A stretch of DNA of 58,307 nucleotides from Burkholderiales bacterium (GCA_041629335.1 JBFKNN010000003.1:1-58307); one strand, 5' to 3'; numbered from the stretch's first letter, positions 1-10,696 are shown. Made by a program: numbers and translations. The notes: generated from the sequence alone by a model not told the origin.

Positions 1-321
1 AGCTACGGCGTTCTCGCGCTCGCACCCGCGTGGCCGGTATTCATCCCGGCGCTGGCGCTAGTCGGCATGGGGTTTTTCACCATGCACAGCACGCTGCAGC
101 TGCGGTCGACCGAGCTCGCCCCCAAGGCGCGCGGCATGGCGATGTCGGGTTTTGCCTTCTCGCTGTTTCTCGGGCAGGGCGTCGGCGTCTACGCCATCAG
201 CTACCTCGTCGACGGGCCGGGCTACCGGGCCGCCTACGGCCTCGCCGCGGCGGGCGTGGCCCTGCTGGCGGTCTGGGTCTGGCGCATGGCATCAAGCCGT
301 CGCACCCTCGGCCATGCCTAG
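1..321 (+). CDS. MFS transporter, C-terminal part (truncated by window edge)
   Basis: Frame open from base 1 to TAG at 319-321; hydrophobic helices and MFS loop motif 'ELAPKARGMAMSGF..SLFLGQGVG'. Confidence 0.8.
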   Translation, partial: SYGVLALAPAWPVFIPALALVGMGFFTMHSTLQLRSTELAPKARGMAMSGFAFSLFLGQGVGVYAISYLVDGPGYRAAYGLAAAGVALLAVWVWRMASSRRTLGHA

Positions 322-337
322 CGCCCAGTCCCGCGCG

Positions 338-808
338 CTATTCGTGCCCGCGGGCAAGACCGGGAATCCAGCGCGGGACCCGCGCACGGTACGCGTCCCA
401 CCTCGGGCCGAATTGCTGCGCGAGCCAAGGCTCCTCGTGCCGGACGACGCGCAAATGGAATGCCACGGCGAGCGCAAGGAGATAGACCCCGGTCAACGGT
501 GATCCCGTGGCGAGCATCCACCCGCCGACCAGCGTCAGCACCGCGAGATACATCGGATTGCGCACGTGGCGGTAGAGCCCGATAACGACCAGCGCCCGCG
601 GCGGGTCCCACGGCGCGAGGGTTCCCCTGCCGGCGACGTAGAAATCGCGCACGCACCACAGCAGCAGGGCGAGACCGAGACTCGCCATCATGACGCCGGG
701 CGGCCAGCCGCTGCCGCGCCACGGATCGAGCGCGGCGATCGCCCACGGCACTGCCAGGGCGAAGACACCGGGCAGCGCAAGAAAAGCGACGAGTGCCCGC
801 GCGACCAT
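338..808 (-). CDS. Isoprenylcysteine carboxyl methyltransferase / PEMT family membrane protein
   Basis: 'GRGTLAPWDPPRALVVIGLYRHVRNPMY' and 'EEPWL...FG..WDAYRARVPRW' motifs; start moved to ATG at 808. Confidence 0.85.
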   Translation of the reverse strand: MVARALVAFLALPGVFALAVPWAIAALDPWRGSGWPPGVMMASLGLALLLWCVRDFYVAGRGTLAPWDPPRALVVIGLYRHVRNPMYLAVLTLVGGWMLATGSPLTGVYLLALAVAFHLRVVRHEEPWLAQQFGPRWDAYRARVPRWIPGLARGHE

Positions 809-830
809 CAGGATTGCCCCCGCGCCCGTC

Positions 831-1538
<708 letters not shown>

Positions 1539-1555
1539 GTTCGCAAAGACCCGTA

Positions 1556-1721
1556 TTAGCCGCCAAGGCCGCCAAGGAAGATCAGATTAAGACAAGAAAC
1601 GAACTACTGCACCTTCATGACTCTCGGCACGCCTGACTCCAGGTGTGAGCGCTATTGCTTCGAGTTTGATTATTGGTTTGTTTCGGTTTCTCTTGTTTTC
1701 CTTGGCGCTCTTGGCGGCTAA
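1556..1721. repeat. 166-bp intergenic element bounded by 24-bp inverted repeats with internal 9-nt periodicity
   Basis: TTAGCCGCCAAGGCCGCCAAGGAA (1556-1579) vs reverse complement of 1698-1721, TTAGCCGCCAAGAGCGCCAAGGAA: 22/24 identical; interior is AT-richer. Confidence 0.85.
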
Positions 1722-1751
1722 ATCGTCTTTCTACCGGCCGTGGCGGCAGAA

Positions 1752-3170
1752 TCAACGTTTCTTGCCGCGCGGCTTCACCTTCGTGCCCACCATGTCCTCC
1801 GGCCGCACCCACTGGTCGAACTGCTCCGCGGTGACGTGGCCCAGCGCGAGCGCCGATTCCTTGAGCGTGATGCCCTTCTTGTGCGCGTTCTTGGCAATCG
1901 CCGCCGCCTTCTCGTAGCCGATGTGGGGATTCAGGGCCGTGACCAGCATCAGTGAATCGCGCATCAACTGCCCGATGCGCTCGGCATTGGGCTCGATGCC
2001 GACCGCGCAGTGCTCGTCGAAGTTCTCGCAGGCGTGCGCGAGCAGGTTCGCGCTATGCAGGAAGTTGCGAATCACCATGGGGCGGAACACGTTCAGCTCG
2101 AAGTTGCCCGAGGCGCCGCCCAGGTTGATCGCGACGTCGTTGCCAAACACCTGGCAGCAGACCATCGTCATCGACTCCGACTGCGTCGGGTTCACCTTGC
2201 CCGGCATGATCGAGCTGCCGGGCTCGTTCTCCGGAATCGTGAGCTCGCCGATGCCCGAGCGGGGCCCGCTCGCGAGCCACCGCACGTCATTGGCGATCTT
2301 CATGAGCGAGGCGGCGAGCGTCTTCAACGCGCCGTGCGCGTGAACCACGCCGTCGCAGGAGCCAAGCGCCTCAAACTTGTTGGGCGCGGTGACAAACGGC
2401 AACCCGCTGAGCTTCTTCAGCTCCGCCGCCACCTTCACCGCAAATTCCGGATGCGCATTGAGTCCGGTGCCGACCGCCGTGCCGCCGAGCGCGAGCTCGC
2501 AAAGATGCGGCAGCGCACCGTCGATGTGCTTCAGGCCATGCTCGAGCTGCGCGACGTAACCGGAGAACTCCTGCCCCAGCGTGAGCGGCGTCGCATCCTG
2601 CAGGTGCGTGCGGCCGATCTTGACGATGTCACTGAACTGCTTCGCCTTGCGGTCGAGCGTCGCGCGCAGCCTCGCGACCGCAGGCTTGAGTTTTTTCTCG
2701 AGGGCGATTACCGCCGCGACATGCATCGCGGTGGGGAACGTATCGTTCGAGGACTGTCCCTTGTTGACGTCGTCGTTGGGATGCACCGAGCGCTTCTCGC
2801 CGCGGCTGCCGCCCATCAACTCGGAGGCGCGGTTGGCGAGCACCTCGTTCACGTTCATGTTGGTCTGCGTGCCGGAGCCGGTCTGCCACACGACGAGGGG
2901 GAAATGCCCGTCGAGCTTGCCGGCGAGCGCCTCGTCAGCCGCCTTGATGATTGCCGCGCCCTTCTTCCCGTCGAGCACGCGCAGCGCCACGTTCACCGCG
3001 GCCGACGCCTTCTTCACCAGGACCTGCGCGTGCACGACTTCCATCGGCATCGTCTCGCCGGGGAAATGAAAGTGATGGAGGCTCCTTTGCGTCTGCGCCC
3101 CCCACAGCTTGTCATCCGGCACCTCGATGCCGCCCATGGTGTCGTGCTCGATCCGTACGCCCTTGCCCAT
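1752..3170 (-). CDS. fumC: Class II fumarate hydratase
   Basis: Signature [34 protein letters not shown]; start at ATG 3170 ([13 protein letters not shown]). Confidence 0.97.
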   Translation of the reverse strand: MGKGVRIEHDTMGGIEVPDDKLWGAQTQRSLHHFHFPGETMPMEVVHAQVLVKKASAAVNVALRVLDGKKGAAIIKAADEALAGKLDGHFPLVVWQTGSGTQTNMNVNEVLANRASELMGGSRGEKRSVHPNDDVNKGQSSNDTFPTAMHVAAVIALEKKLKPAVARLRATLDRKAKQFSDIVKIGRTHLQDATPLTLGQEFSGYVAQLEHGLKHIDGALPHLCELALGGTAVGTGLNAHPEFAVKVAAELKKLSGLPFVTAPNKFEALGSCDGVVHAHGALKTLAASLMKIANDVRWLASGPRSGIGELTIPENEPGSSIMPGKVNPTQSESMTMVCCQVFGNDVAINLGGASGNFELNVFRPMVIRNFLHSANLLAHACENFDEHCAVGIEPNAERIGQLMRDSLMLVTALNPHIGYEKAAAIAKNAHKKGITLKESALALGHVTAEQFDQWVRPEDMVGTKVKPRGKKR

Positions 3171-3228
3171 CTCAGCCGCTCCTTCAGAAAACAGCCGCAA
3201 AATTCCAGTCATCCGCCGGTGACTGTTG

Positions 3229-3270
3229 ACTCGTCACGCGTCACTCGTCACTCGTCACTCGTCACTCGTC
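3229..3270. repeat. Tandem heptamer (ACTCGTC)x6 between maeB and fumC
   Basis: Five perfect units plus one ACGCGTC variant. Confidence 0.9.
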
Positions 3271-3281
3271 ACGCACTTCGA

Positions 3282-5576
3282 CTAAAGAAGCACCTTCTGC
3301 TCTCCGCGCTCCGCTCCGGCATCGACTATGGTCAATGCCGTCATGTTGACGATGCGCCGCACCGTGGCCGACAGCGTCACGATCTGCGCCGGCTTCGCCC
3401 CACCGAGCAGGATCGGGCCGACGGTGATGCCGTCCCCGGCCGCAGTCTTCAGGAGATTGAACGCGATGTTGGCCGCGTCCAGCGTCGGCATGATCAGGAG
3501 ATTGGCCTCGCCCTTCAGGCGCGAATTGGGAAACTGCCGGGCACGGATCTCCTCGGAGATCGCGGCATCGCCGTGCATTTCGCCCTCGACCTCGAGATTG
3601 GGCGCCGCCTTCAGCACCAGTCCCAGCGCCTCGCGCATCTTGAGCGCGGTTGGCGTGTCCGCGGCGCCGAAGCTCGAGTGCGACAGCAGCGCGACCTTGG
3701 GATGGATGCCGAAGCGGCTGACCTCCTCGGCGGCAAGTATCGTCATCTCCGCGATCTGCTCGGCGCTGGGATCGAAATTCACGTAGGTGTCGCAGATGAA
3801 GATCGTGCGCCGCGGCAGGATCAGCATGTTCATCGCCGCGTAGTTCTTCACCCCGGCGCGCAGGCCGAGCACGCGGTCGATATAGCGCAGGTGGCTCTGG
3901 TACTTGCCCACGGCCCCGCACAGCATACAGTCGGCCTCGCCCTGGCGCATGAGCATCGCCCCGATCACCGTCGGGCGCCGTCGCATGTCGAGCTTGGCCA
4001 TTTCGGGGGTTACCCCGCGCCGTTCGGTGAGCCGGTGGTACGCGGTCCAGTATTCGCGGTAGCGGGGATCGTCGCCAGGGTCGACGAGATCGAAATGCTC
4101 ACCGCGCTTCAGCCGCAGCCCGAGCCGCTCGATGCGCATCTGCACGACTTCCGGCCGCCCGATCAATATCGGCCGTCCCATGCCTTCGTCGATCACGACC
4201 TGGGCCGCGCGCAGCACGCGCTCGTCCTCGCCCTCGGCATAGACGATGCGCTTGGGCGCCTGCCGGGCCGCGTCGATCACCGGCTTCATGATCAGGCCGG
4301 ATTGATAGTTGAACTGATTCAGCCGCCGGCGGTAGGCCTCCAGGTCCCCGATCGGGCGCGTCGCGACGCCGCTTTCCATGCCCGCCTTCGCCACCGCGGG
4401 CGCAACCTTGCCGATCAGCCGCGGATCGAAGGGCTTGGGAATGAGATAGTCGGCGCCGAATTTCAGATGCTGCTCGCCGTAGGCCATGGCAACGATGTCC
4501 GACTGCTCGGCCTGCGCGAGCTCGGCGATCGCGTTGACCGCGGCGAGCTCCATCTCGGTGGTGATCGTGGTCGCCCCGATGTCCAGTGCGCCCCGGAAGA
4601 TGAACGGGAAGCACAGCACGTTGTTGACCTGGTTCGGATAGTCGGAACGCCCGGTGGCGATCACCGCATCCGGGCGCACCGCTTTCGCCACATCCGGCAG
4701 GATCTCGGGCTCGGGATTCGCGAGCGCGAGGATCAGCGGCCGGTCGGCCATCTTCTTCACCATGTCGGGCTTGAGCACGCCGCCGGCCGAAAGACCGAGG
4801 AACACGTCGGCGCCGTCGATCACCTCGCCGAGCTTGCGCGCCTTGGTTTCGACCGCGTACTGCTCCTTGTCGGGGTCCATCTCCTCCTTGCGGCCCTTGT
4901 AGACGACGCCCTTGATGTCGGTCACCACGATGTTGGACTTCGCAAGCCCCATCTTGACGAGCAGGTCGAGGCAGGCAAGCGCGGCGGCGCCCGCGCCCGA
5001 GACCACGAGCTTCACCTTGCCGATATCCTTGCCCACCACCTTCAGCCCGTTGACGAAGGCGGCGGCGACGGTGATCGCGGTGCCGTGCTGGTCGTCATGG
5101 AACACCGGTATGTTCATACGGCTGCGCAGCTTGCGCTCGACCACAAAGCACTCGGGGGCCTTGATGTCCTCGAGATTGATGCCGCCGAACGTGGGCTCGA
5201 GCGCCGCGATGATATCGACCAGCTTGTCCGGATCGCGCTCGTTCACCTCGATGTCGAAGACGTCGATGCCGGCGAACTTCTTGAACAGCACGCCTTTGCC
5301 TTCCATCACCGGCTTCGCGGCGAGCGGCCCGATCGCGCCCAGCCCCAGCACCGCGGTGCCGTTGGTAATCACCGCGACCAGGTTGCCGCGCGCGGTCAGC
5401 GTGCGCGCTTCGGCCGGGTCGGCCGCAATCGCCTCGCACACCTTGGCGACACCGGGCGTATAAGCGAGCGCGAGATCGCGCTGGTTGACCAGCCCCTTGG
5501 TCGGGGTGACCGCGATCTTGCCCGCGACGGGCAGGCGATGGTATTCGAGCGCGGCTTTGCGCAGTGGGTCTTCCAT
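3282..5576 (-). CDS. maeB: NADP-dependent malic enzyme with C-terminal phosphotransacetylase-like domain
   Basis: [42 protein letters not shown]; PTA domain '[16 protein letters not shown]'; 764 aa. Confidence 0.97.
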   Translation of the reverse strand: MEDPLRKAALEYHRLPVAGKIAVTPTKGLVNQRDLALAYTPGVAKVCEAIAADPAEARTLTARGNLVAVITNGTAVLGLGAIGPLAAKPVMEGKGVLFKKFAGIDVFDIEVNERDPDKLVDIIAALEPTFGGINLEDIKAPECFVVERKLRSRMNIPVFHDDQHGTAITVAAAFVNGLKVVGKDIGKVKLVVSGAGAAALACLDLLVKMGLAKSNIVVTDIKGVVYKGRKEEMDPDKEQYAVETKARKLGEVIDGADVFLGLSAGGVLKPDMVKKMADRPLILALANPEPEILPDVAKAVRPDAVIATGRSDYPNQVNNVLCFPFIFRGALDIGATTITTEMELAAVNAIAELAQAEQSDIVAMAYGEQHLKFGADYLIPKPFDPRLIGKVAPAVAKAGMESGVATRPIGDLEAYRRRLNQFNYQSGLIMKPVIDAARQAPKRIVYAEGEDERVLRAAQVVIDEGMGRPILIGRPEVVQMRIERLGLRLKRGEHFDLVDPGDDPRYREYWTAYHRLTERRGVTPEMAKLDMRRRPTVIGAMLMRQGEADCMLCGAVGKYQSHLRYIDRVLGLRAGVKNYAAMNMLILPRRTIFICDTYVNFDPSAEQIAEMTILAAEEVSRFGIHPKVALLSHSSFGAADTPTALKMREALGLVLKAAPNLEVEGEMHGDAAISEEIRARQFPNSRLKGEANLLIMPTLDAANIAFNLLKTAAGDGITVGPILLGGAKPAQIVTLSATVRRIVNMTALTIVDAGAERGEQKVLL

Positions 5577-5809
5577 AGTTTAGCGGGGCATCGTCTGAAG
5601 TTGGGGCGGACGCGGAAAGGCATGCCCGGTCGGGCTGGAAACCAAACCGCCGGTTCAGGCAAATTATACCGCATGGCATCGACCGCCCGCCCCGCGGCGT
5701 CGTGCGCGATACAACGTGCCGACTGTCCGGGTGCCGCGGGGACGGGACGCTGTTACAACGACGCGCGGCTTTGTGATAATGTTCCCGCCTGCTTTCTCCT
5801 GCACGCACC

Positions 5810-6778
5810 ATGGCCGATATCTCCGCCGGCGTCCGCGCCGAGCTCTATCCCGAGATCGAACCGTACAGCACGGGCATGCTCGAGCTGGACGGACTGCACC
5901 GCATGTACTGGGAGCAGTCGGGTAATCCGCAAGGCAGCCCGGTCGTATTCCTGCACGGCGGCCCTGGCGCGGGTGCCGCACCCGCGCACCGGCGATTCTT
6001 CGACCCCGCGCATTACCGCGTCGTGATCTTCGACCAGCGCGGCGCCGGGCGCTCGACCCCGCTCGGGGAGATCCGCGACAACACCACTCCCCATCTCATC
6101 GACGACGTCGAGCGCCTGCGCGCGCACCTCGGCATCGAGCGCTGGCTCGTCTTCGGCGGCTCGTGGGGCAGCACGCTCGCACTCGCGTATAGCGAGGCCC
6201 ACCCGGCGCGCTGCAGCGGCCTCGTCCTGCGCGGCATCTTCCTCTGCCGCAGGAGCGAGATCGACTGGTTCCTCTACGGCCTGAAAAATCTGTTTCCCGA
6301 GGCCTGGCACAGCTTCGCCGGGGCGATTCCCGAGGCCGAGCGCGGCGACCTGCTCGCCGCCTACTACCGCCGGCTCACGGATCCCGATCCCAGGGTTCAC
6401 ATGCCGGCCGCACGCGCGTGGAGCATCTACGAGGGCTCGTGCTCGACGCTCCTGCCGAGCCCGGAGACGGTCGCGTATTTCGCCGGCGACGTGGTCGCCC
6501 TGGGTCTCGCGCGCATCGAAGCGCATTACTTCAGCCACGACATCTTCCTGCCGGAGAATTCGCTGCTCGAAAACATCGGGCGCGTCCGCCGCATTCCGGG
6601 CGTGATCGTGCAGGGCCGTTACGATGCAGTCTGCCCGATCGTCTCCGCCGACGACGTGCATCGCGCCTGGCCGGAGGTCGAATACGTCGTGGTGCCCGAC
6701 GCCGGCCACTCCGCGTGGGAGCCGGGAATCTGCGCGGAGCTGGTCAAGGCGACCGAGAAATTCAAGCGCCGGCACTGA
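5810..6778 (+). CDS. pip: Proline iminopeptidase
   Basis: LHGGPG, FDQRGAGRS, nucleophile GGSWG, VQGRYD, AGHSA. Confidence 0.95.
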   Translation: MADISAGVRAELYPEIEPYSTGMLELDGLHRMYWEQSGNPQGSPVVFLHGGPGAGAAPAHRRFFDPAHYRVVIFDQRGAGRSTPLGEIRDNTTPHLIDDVERLRAHLGIERWLVFGGSWGSTLALAYSEAHPARCSGLVLRGIFLCRRSEIDWFLYGLKNLFPEAWHSFAGAIPEAERGDLLAAYYRRLTDPDPRVHMPAARAWSIYEGSCSTLLPSPETVAYFAGDVVALGLARIEAHYFSHDIFLPENSLLENIGRVRRIPGVIVQGRYDAVCPIVSADDVHRAWPEVEYVVVPDAGHSAWEPGICAELVKATEKFKRRH

Positions 6779-6820
6779 TCGCCGCCGCACCGGGCCAAAC
6801 CTCAGGGAGAGAAGAACAGG

Positions 6821-7732
6821 ATGCGACTCGTTACCTATTCCGAGACGCGGCGCCAGCCGGCAAGACTCGGGGTCATCGGCGGCGACGGCGGCGTGATCGA
6901 TCTCGAGCGCGCGGCAAAGAAAGCCCGCATCGCCCTGCCTTTTTCGCCCGCCGACATGGTCGAACTGATCGCCGCGGGGCGCGGCGGCATCAGCGCGGCC
7001 AGAAAGGCGGTGGCGGGCCTCAAGGCATCGCACCACCGGCTCGAGCGGGTCGCGCTGCATGCGCCGATTCCGCGCCCGCGCAAGAACCTGTTCTGTGTCG
7101 GCTGGAACTATCTGGAGCATTTCGAGGAAGGTGCGAAGGCGCGTCCGCACGTGCAGGAGATGCCCGCGCATCCGGCCTTTTTCACCAAGACGCCAACCAC
7201 CGTGAACAGTCCCTACGGCGACGTTCCCGCCCACGCCGGGGTGACCGAGAAGCTCGACTGGGAAGTGGAGCTCGCGGTGGTCATCGGCAAGGGCGGAAAG
7301 AACATCACCGAAGCCGAAGCGCTGAAGCACATCTTCGGCTACATGGTCGCCAACGACGTGTCGGCGCGCGAAGTGCAGCGCCGGCACGGCCAGCAATGGT
7401 TCAAGGGCAAGAGCCTCGACGGGCACTGCCCGATGGGGCCGTGGATCGCCACGGCCGACGAGGTGCGCGATCCGCAAAGTCTCGATATCGCCTGCCGGGT
7501 GAACGGCGTGGTGAAGCAGAATTCCAACACGCGGCACATGTACTTCAAGATCCCGCGCATCATCGCCGAGCTCTCGGCCGGCCTTACGCTCGAGCCGGGC
7601 GACATCATACTCACCGGCACCCCGGCGGGGGTCGGGCACGCGCGCAACCCGCCCGAGTTCATGCGGCCGGGCGACGTGCTCGAGACCGAGATCGTGGACC
7701 TCGGCCTGCTGCGCAACCGGATCGGCGGCTAA
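6821..7732 (+). CDS. Fumarylacetoacetate hydrolase family protein
   Basis: CVGWNY..H, DWEVELAVVIGK, NDVSAR, GKSLD, GDIILTGTPAGVG. Confidence 0.93.
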   Translation: MRLVTYSETRRQPARLGVIGGDGGVIDLERAAKKARIALPFSPADMVELIAAGRGGISAARKAVAGLKASHHRLERVALHAPIPRPRKNLFCVGWNYLEHFEEGAKARPHVQEMPAHPAFFTKTPTTVNSPYGDVPAHAGVTEKLDWEVELAVVIGKGGKNITEAEALKHIFGYMVANDVSAREVQRRHGQQWFKGKSLDGHCPMGPWIATADEVRDPQSLDIACRVNGVVKQNSNTRHMYFKIPRIIAELSAGLTLEPGDIILTGTPAGVGHARNPPEFMRPGDVLETEIVDLGLLRNRIGG

Positions 7733-7745
7733 ATCCGGTCCTGGC

Positions 7746-8159
7746 CTACCGCGCGCGCAACACGCGCGCGGCCTTCGCCACCGCCTTCGGCTTCACCCAG
7801 AAGATCGCGCCGAAGCGGCCCTTGCCCGCAGCGACCGCGTCCATCGCCACCATGTTGATGCGCGCCTGGGCGAGCTTGTCGCAGATCTTCGCGATCGCAC
7901 CGGGCTTGTCGTCGCCCTGCGCGAGGAACACCGTCTTCTTCTTGCCGATCTTCAACTTCAGCTTGCGCGCCGCGCGCGTGAATTTCGCGACATCGTACGG
8001 CACGAAATCGACCTGCGCGCGTCCCGACGTCGGAAAGCCGGTGAACGCCAGCAGGTTCACGCCGTGCTCGGCGAGCGCATCGAGGAGCTGCGCGCCTTGC
8101 CCGGCGCGGTTGGGAACCGGCATGCTGAAATAAGCGGTCTTGCGGATGATCGTCGCCAT
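7746..8159 (-). CDS. Tandem ACT-like domain protein
   Basis: RBS AAGGAG before ATG 8159; 'VPNRAGQGAQLLDALAEHGVNL' and 'DDKPGAIAKICDKLAQARINM' are ACT-like repeats. Confidence 0.75.
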   Translation of the reverse strand: MATIIRKTAYFSMPVPNRAGQGAQLLDALAEHGVNLLAFTGFPTSGRAQVDFVPYDVAKFTRAARKLKLKIGKKKTVFLAQGDDKPGAIAKICDKLAQARINMVAMDAVAAGKGRFGAIFWVKPKAVAKAARVLRAR

Positions 8160-8318
8160 AATCGTCTCCTTCGGTGGGAATGCAGGCCTATTATGCGGCG
8201 ACGCGCGCGGATTCGCACCCCCGCGCGCCGCAACCGGGTCCGTGATCCGGACACGCCGACGAGCCGCCTTGAAGCAGGCGTCGATGCACAGTAGCATGCC
8301 GGGTGCAAGGAGACGCGC

Positions 8319-9212
8319 ATGGACACCGTTGAGAAAGTCGAGCTTGAGGTCGTGCCGGTCGGTGCGGCGCTGGGCGCCGACATCCGCGGCGTCGATCTGT
8401 CGCGGCCGATCACGGACGCCGCTTTCGCCCGCATCGAAGCGGCGTGGCACGAGCACCTGGTGCTGCGATTCCGCGACCAGCATCTCACCGACCCTGCGCT
8501 GCTCGCGTTCGGCCGGCGCTTCGGCGAGCTCGACCGCGCGCCGGTGCACGCGACCGGCGACGCCGAGCACGACCCGTTCCCGGAAATCACCGTGATGTCG
8601 AACATCAAGGTCGACGGCAAGCCGATCGGCAACCTCGGGCATTACGAGGCCGAGTGGCACACCGACATGTCGTACAACGAGCGCTGCCCGATCGGCAGCC
8701 TGCTCTACTCGCTGGAGGTGCCGCCGGCGGGCGGAGACACCGGATTCTCCAACATGTATCTCGCGTATGAGACCTTGCCGCCCGAGCTGAAGCGCGGGAT
8801 CGCCGGCAGGCAATGCAAGCATGACTCGAGCCGCAATAGCGCGGGTGAGCTGCGCCGCGGCTTCAACGAGGTCACCGATCCGCGCGAAGCGCCGGGCGCG
8901 GTGCACCCGATCGTCCGCACGCATCCCGCAACCCGCCGGAACGCGCTATTCCTCGGCCGGCGCCGCAATGCCTATGTCGTCGGACTACCGCTCGACGAGA
9001 GCGAGGATCTGCTGACGCGGCTCTGGGAACACGCAGCCAAGCCCGACTTCGCCTGGCATCAGAAGTGGAAAGCCAACGACCTGGTGATGTGGGACAACCG
9101 CTGCACCATGCACCGGCGCGACGCCTTCGACCCGGACGCCCGGCGCCTGATGCATCGCACCCAGATCCGGGGCGACCGTCCATTCTTCGATCCGGCAACG
9201 CTTGCCGGATAG
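8319..9212 (+). CDS. TauD/TfdA family 2-oxoglutarate-dependent dioxygenase
   Basis: WHTDMSY (HxD), GGDTGFSN, HPIVRTHPATRR, WDNRCTMHRR. Confidence 0.93.
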   Translation: MDTVEKVELEVVPVGAALGADIRGVDLSRPITDAAFARIEAAWHEHLVLRFRDQHLTDPALLAFGRRFGELDRAPVHATGDAEHDPFPEITVMSNIKVDGKPIGNLGHYEAEWHTDMSYNERCPIGSLLYSLEVPPAGGDTGFSNMYLAYETLPPELKRGIAGRQCKHDSSRNSAGELRRGFNEVTDPREAPGAVHPIVRTHPATRRNALFLGRRRNAYVVGLPLDESEDLLTRLWEHAAKPDFAWHQKWKANDLVMWDNRCTMHRRDAFDPDARRLMHRTQIRGDRPFFDPATLAG

Positions 9213-9226
9213 CGCCCGCGGCGGGA

Positions 9227-9523
9227 TCAGGAGGACTTGCCGGAACCGCCTTCGGGGGCGTCTTTCTGCGGCTTGTCTTTGGGCGCACCCGCTTTCAGCG
9301 ACTCCAGCGCCATTTTCTGCATTTCAAGCGTCTTGATCGTCATCTGCACGAAGCCGATGTTCATGGTCAGCCAGGTTTCGACGTTCTTCAGCTCATTTAG
9401 CTTCTTGTCAATTTCCTCGATGTTGACGGTCGGCGTGAACATCCCCGGCATGGGATAGGACGTGGGATTCCACATCTTCTGCATGAACTCGAACCAGTCG
9501 CCGCTAGGGCCCTTCTCCGCCAT
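9227..9523 (-). CDS. PhaM-like PHA granule-associated protein (short form)
   Basis: 'PTVNIEEIDKKLNELKNVETWLTMNIGFVQMTIKTLEMQK' resembles the PhaM N-terminal coiled coil; RBS GAGGAG before ATG 9523. Confidence 0.7.
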   Translation of the reverse strand: MAEKGPSGDWFEFMQKMWNPTSYPMPGMFTPTVNIEEIDKKLNELKNVETWLTMNIGFVQMTIKTLEMQKMALESLKAGAPKDKPQKDAPEGGSGKSS

Positions 9524-9600
9524 GGTGCTCTCCTCGGTCGCGCAGCAGGGTGCCGCGGGTTCCATTATAGTAGGCGCATGATCCCGACCCGGGTGCGCGC

Positions 9601-10059
9601 GTGAAGTTCCTGAAGGCCGTGCGGCTCGACGATTCCGACGGCCGCATCTACGCCGCAGAGGGTGGTGCCGCGGAGGATGGCGAATGGGTGGTGTCCGGCG
9701 GCTACGCCGTATGCGACCTCGCGCGCGGCCACCGCCGCGCGCCGTGCCATTGCGACAGCACTTTCGTTGCCGCCGGCTCATCCCGCCGCTGCACGATCGC
9801 CGAGGTAGTGGAGATCGACGAGCAAACCTACGCAGCAGTGCGTGAGGCGCTGGTGCGTCATTTCCTCGATGAGCTCGGCGCGCCCAGCGCGGAGGCCGCG
9901 CGCGCCGCGGCCGACGACGAATGCGCGTACACCGCCGATCTCGCAGCCGGCTTCCCGGCCGACGTCTGGATCACGGTGAGGCGGGAGCCGACCGACGAGG
10001 GTGTGGGAGAACGCTATTCGGTGTACCAGCGCCTGATGATCGGGGCGCACAAGTTGTGA
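9601..10059 (+). CDS. DUF6505-like protein
   Basis: 'K.LKAVRLDDSD..IY...AEDGEWVVSGG', 'HFLDELGAPSAEAARAAA.DE', 'TVRREPTDEGVGERY' match my recollection of DUF6505. Confidence 0.6.
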   Translation: MKFLKAVRLDDSDGRIYAAEGGAAEDGEWVVSGGYAVCDLARGHRRAPCHCDSTFVAAGSSRRCTIAEVVEIDEQTYAAVREALVRHFLDELGAPSAEAARAAADDECAYTADLAAGFPADVWITVRREPTDEGVGERYSVYQRLMIGAHKL

Positions 10060-10120
10060 ATGGTCCCGCGCCTGGCTGCTTCGTCCTCCCGCGCGGGGCG
10101 GCCTCATCCACGCCGCAGCC

Positions 10121-10678
10121 GTGATCGCAACGTATGTCAGCGGCGCGGGCATGTTCGCGGGCCAGGCGACCCGCGACTTCAAGGCGCTGGTAATGCTCTG
10201 GCTCGAGGAGTCGGGCCTCGGCTTCGACACGCGCTACCGCTACTATCGTCCGCGCTTCCCGGGTCTCAGCGCCGCGGGGCTCGCGCACAGGATCTGCGAG
10301 CCGATCGAGAATTACGATCCCGACTGGCCGGTGTATCGTGCCGCTCACCCCGGAATCGGCAACGATCAGGCGCTCGCCAGGTTCGTGGTCGAGCGGGACG
10401 CACAATTTCGCGACGCGGCGCAGGCGGCGATTTACTGCTTTGACGAGGCGGGAATCGGCTCGGGCATCAACGTCATGCGCTTTGTACATGCCGGCAAGCC
10501 GGTGTGGGGATTTTTTGCCGCCGACGCGGCGCGCCGGCGCGTGAACTTGACCAATATTCTGCAGCTCGCCGTCGAGTTTCCGCAGCAGGTGCGCCTGGTC
10601 CCGTATCGCGAACCGGGCGACGTCATCGAGAAGCTCGCGCTTTGGCTGCCGGCATTGCGGCAGGGCGGGACCGGCTGA
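10121..10678 (+). CDS. Nucleoside 2-deoxyribosyltransferase/DNPH1-fold protein with atypical active site
   Basis: N-terminal 'TYVSGAGMF' and core 'ERDAQFRDAAQAAIYCFDEAGIGSGINVMRFVHAGKPVWGF' align by eye with the NDT/DNPH1 pattern. Confidence 0.55.
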   Translation: MIATYVSGAGMFAGQATRDFKALVMLWLEESGLGFDTRYRYYRPRFPGLSAAGLAHRICEPIENYDPDWPVYRAAHPGIGNDQALARFVVERDAQFRDAAQAAIYCFDEAGIGSGINVMRFVHAGKPVWGFFAADAARRRVNLTNILQLAVEFPQQVRLVPYREPGDVIEKLALWLPALRQGGTG

Positions 10679-10696
10679 GGTGCGCGCAGGCGGGGG

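Noticed and set aside
2010-6026. 1338-aa plus-strand ORF
   Set aside because: Antisense shadow of fumC and maeB; long stop-free opposite frames are expected from high-GC codon bias, and it has no recognisable motifs.
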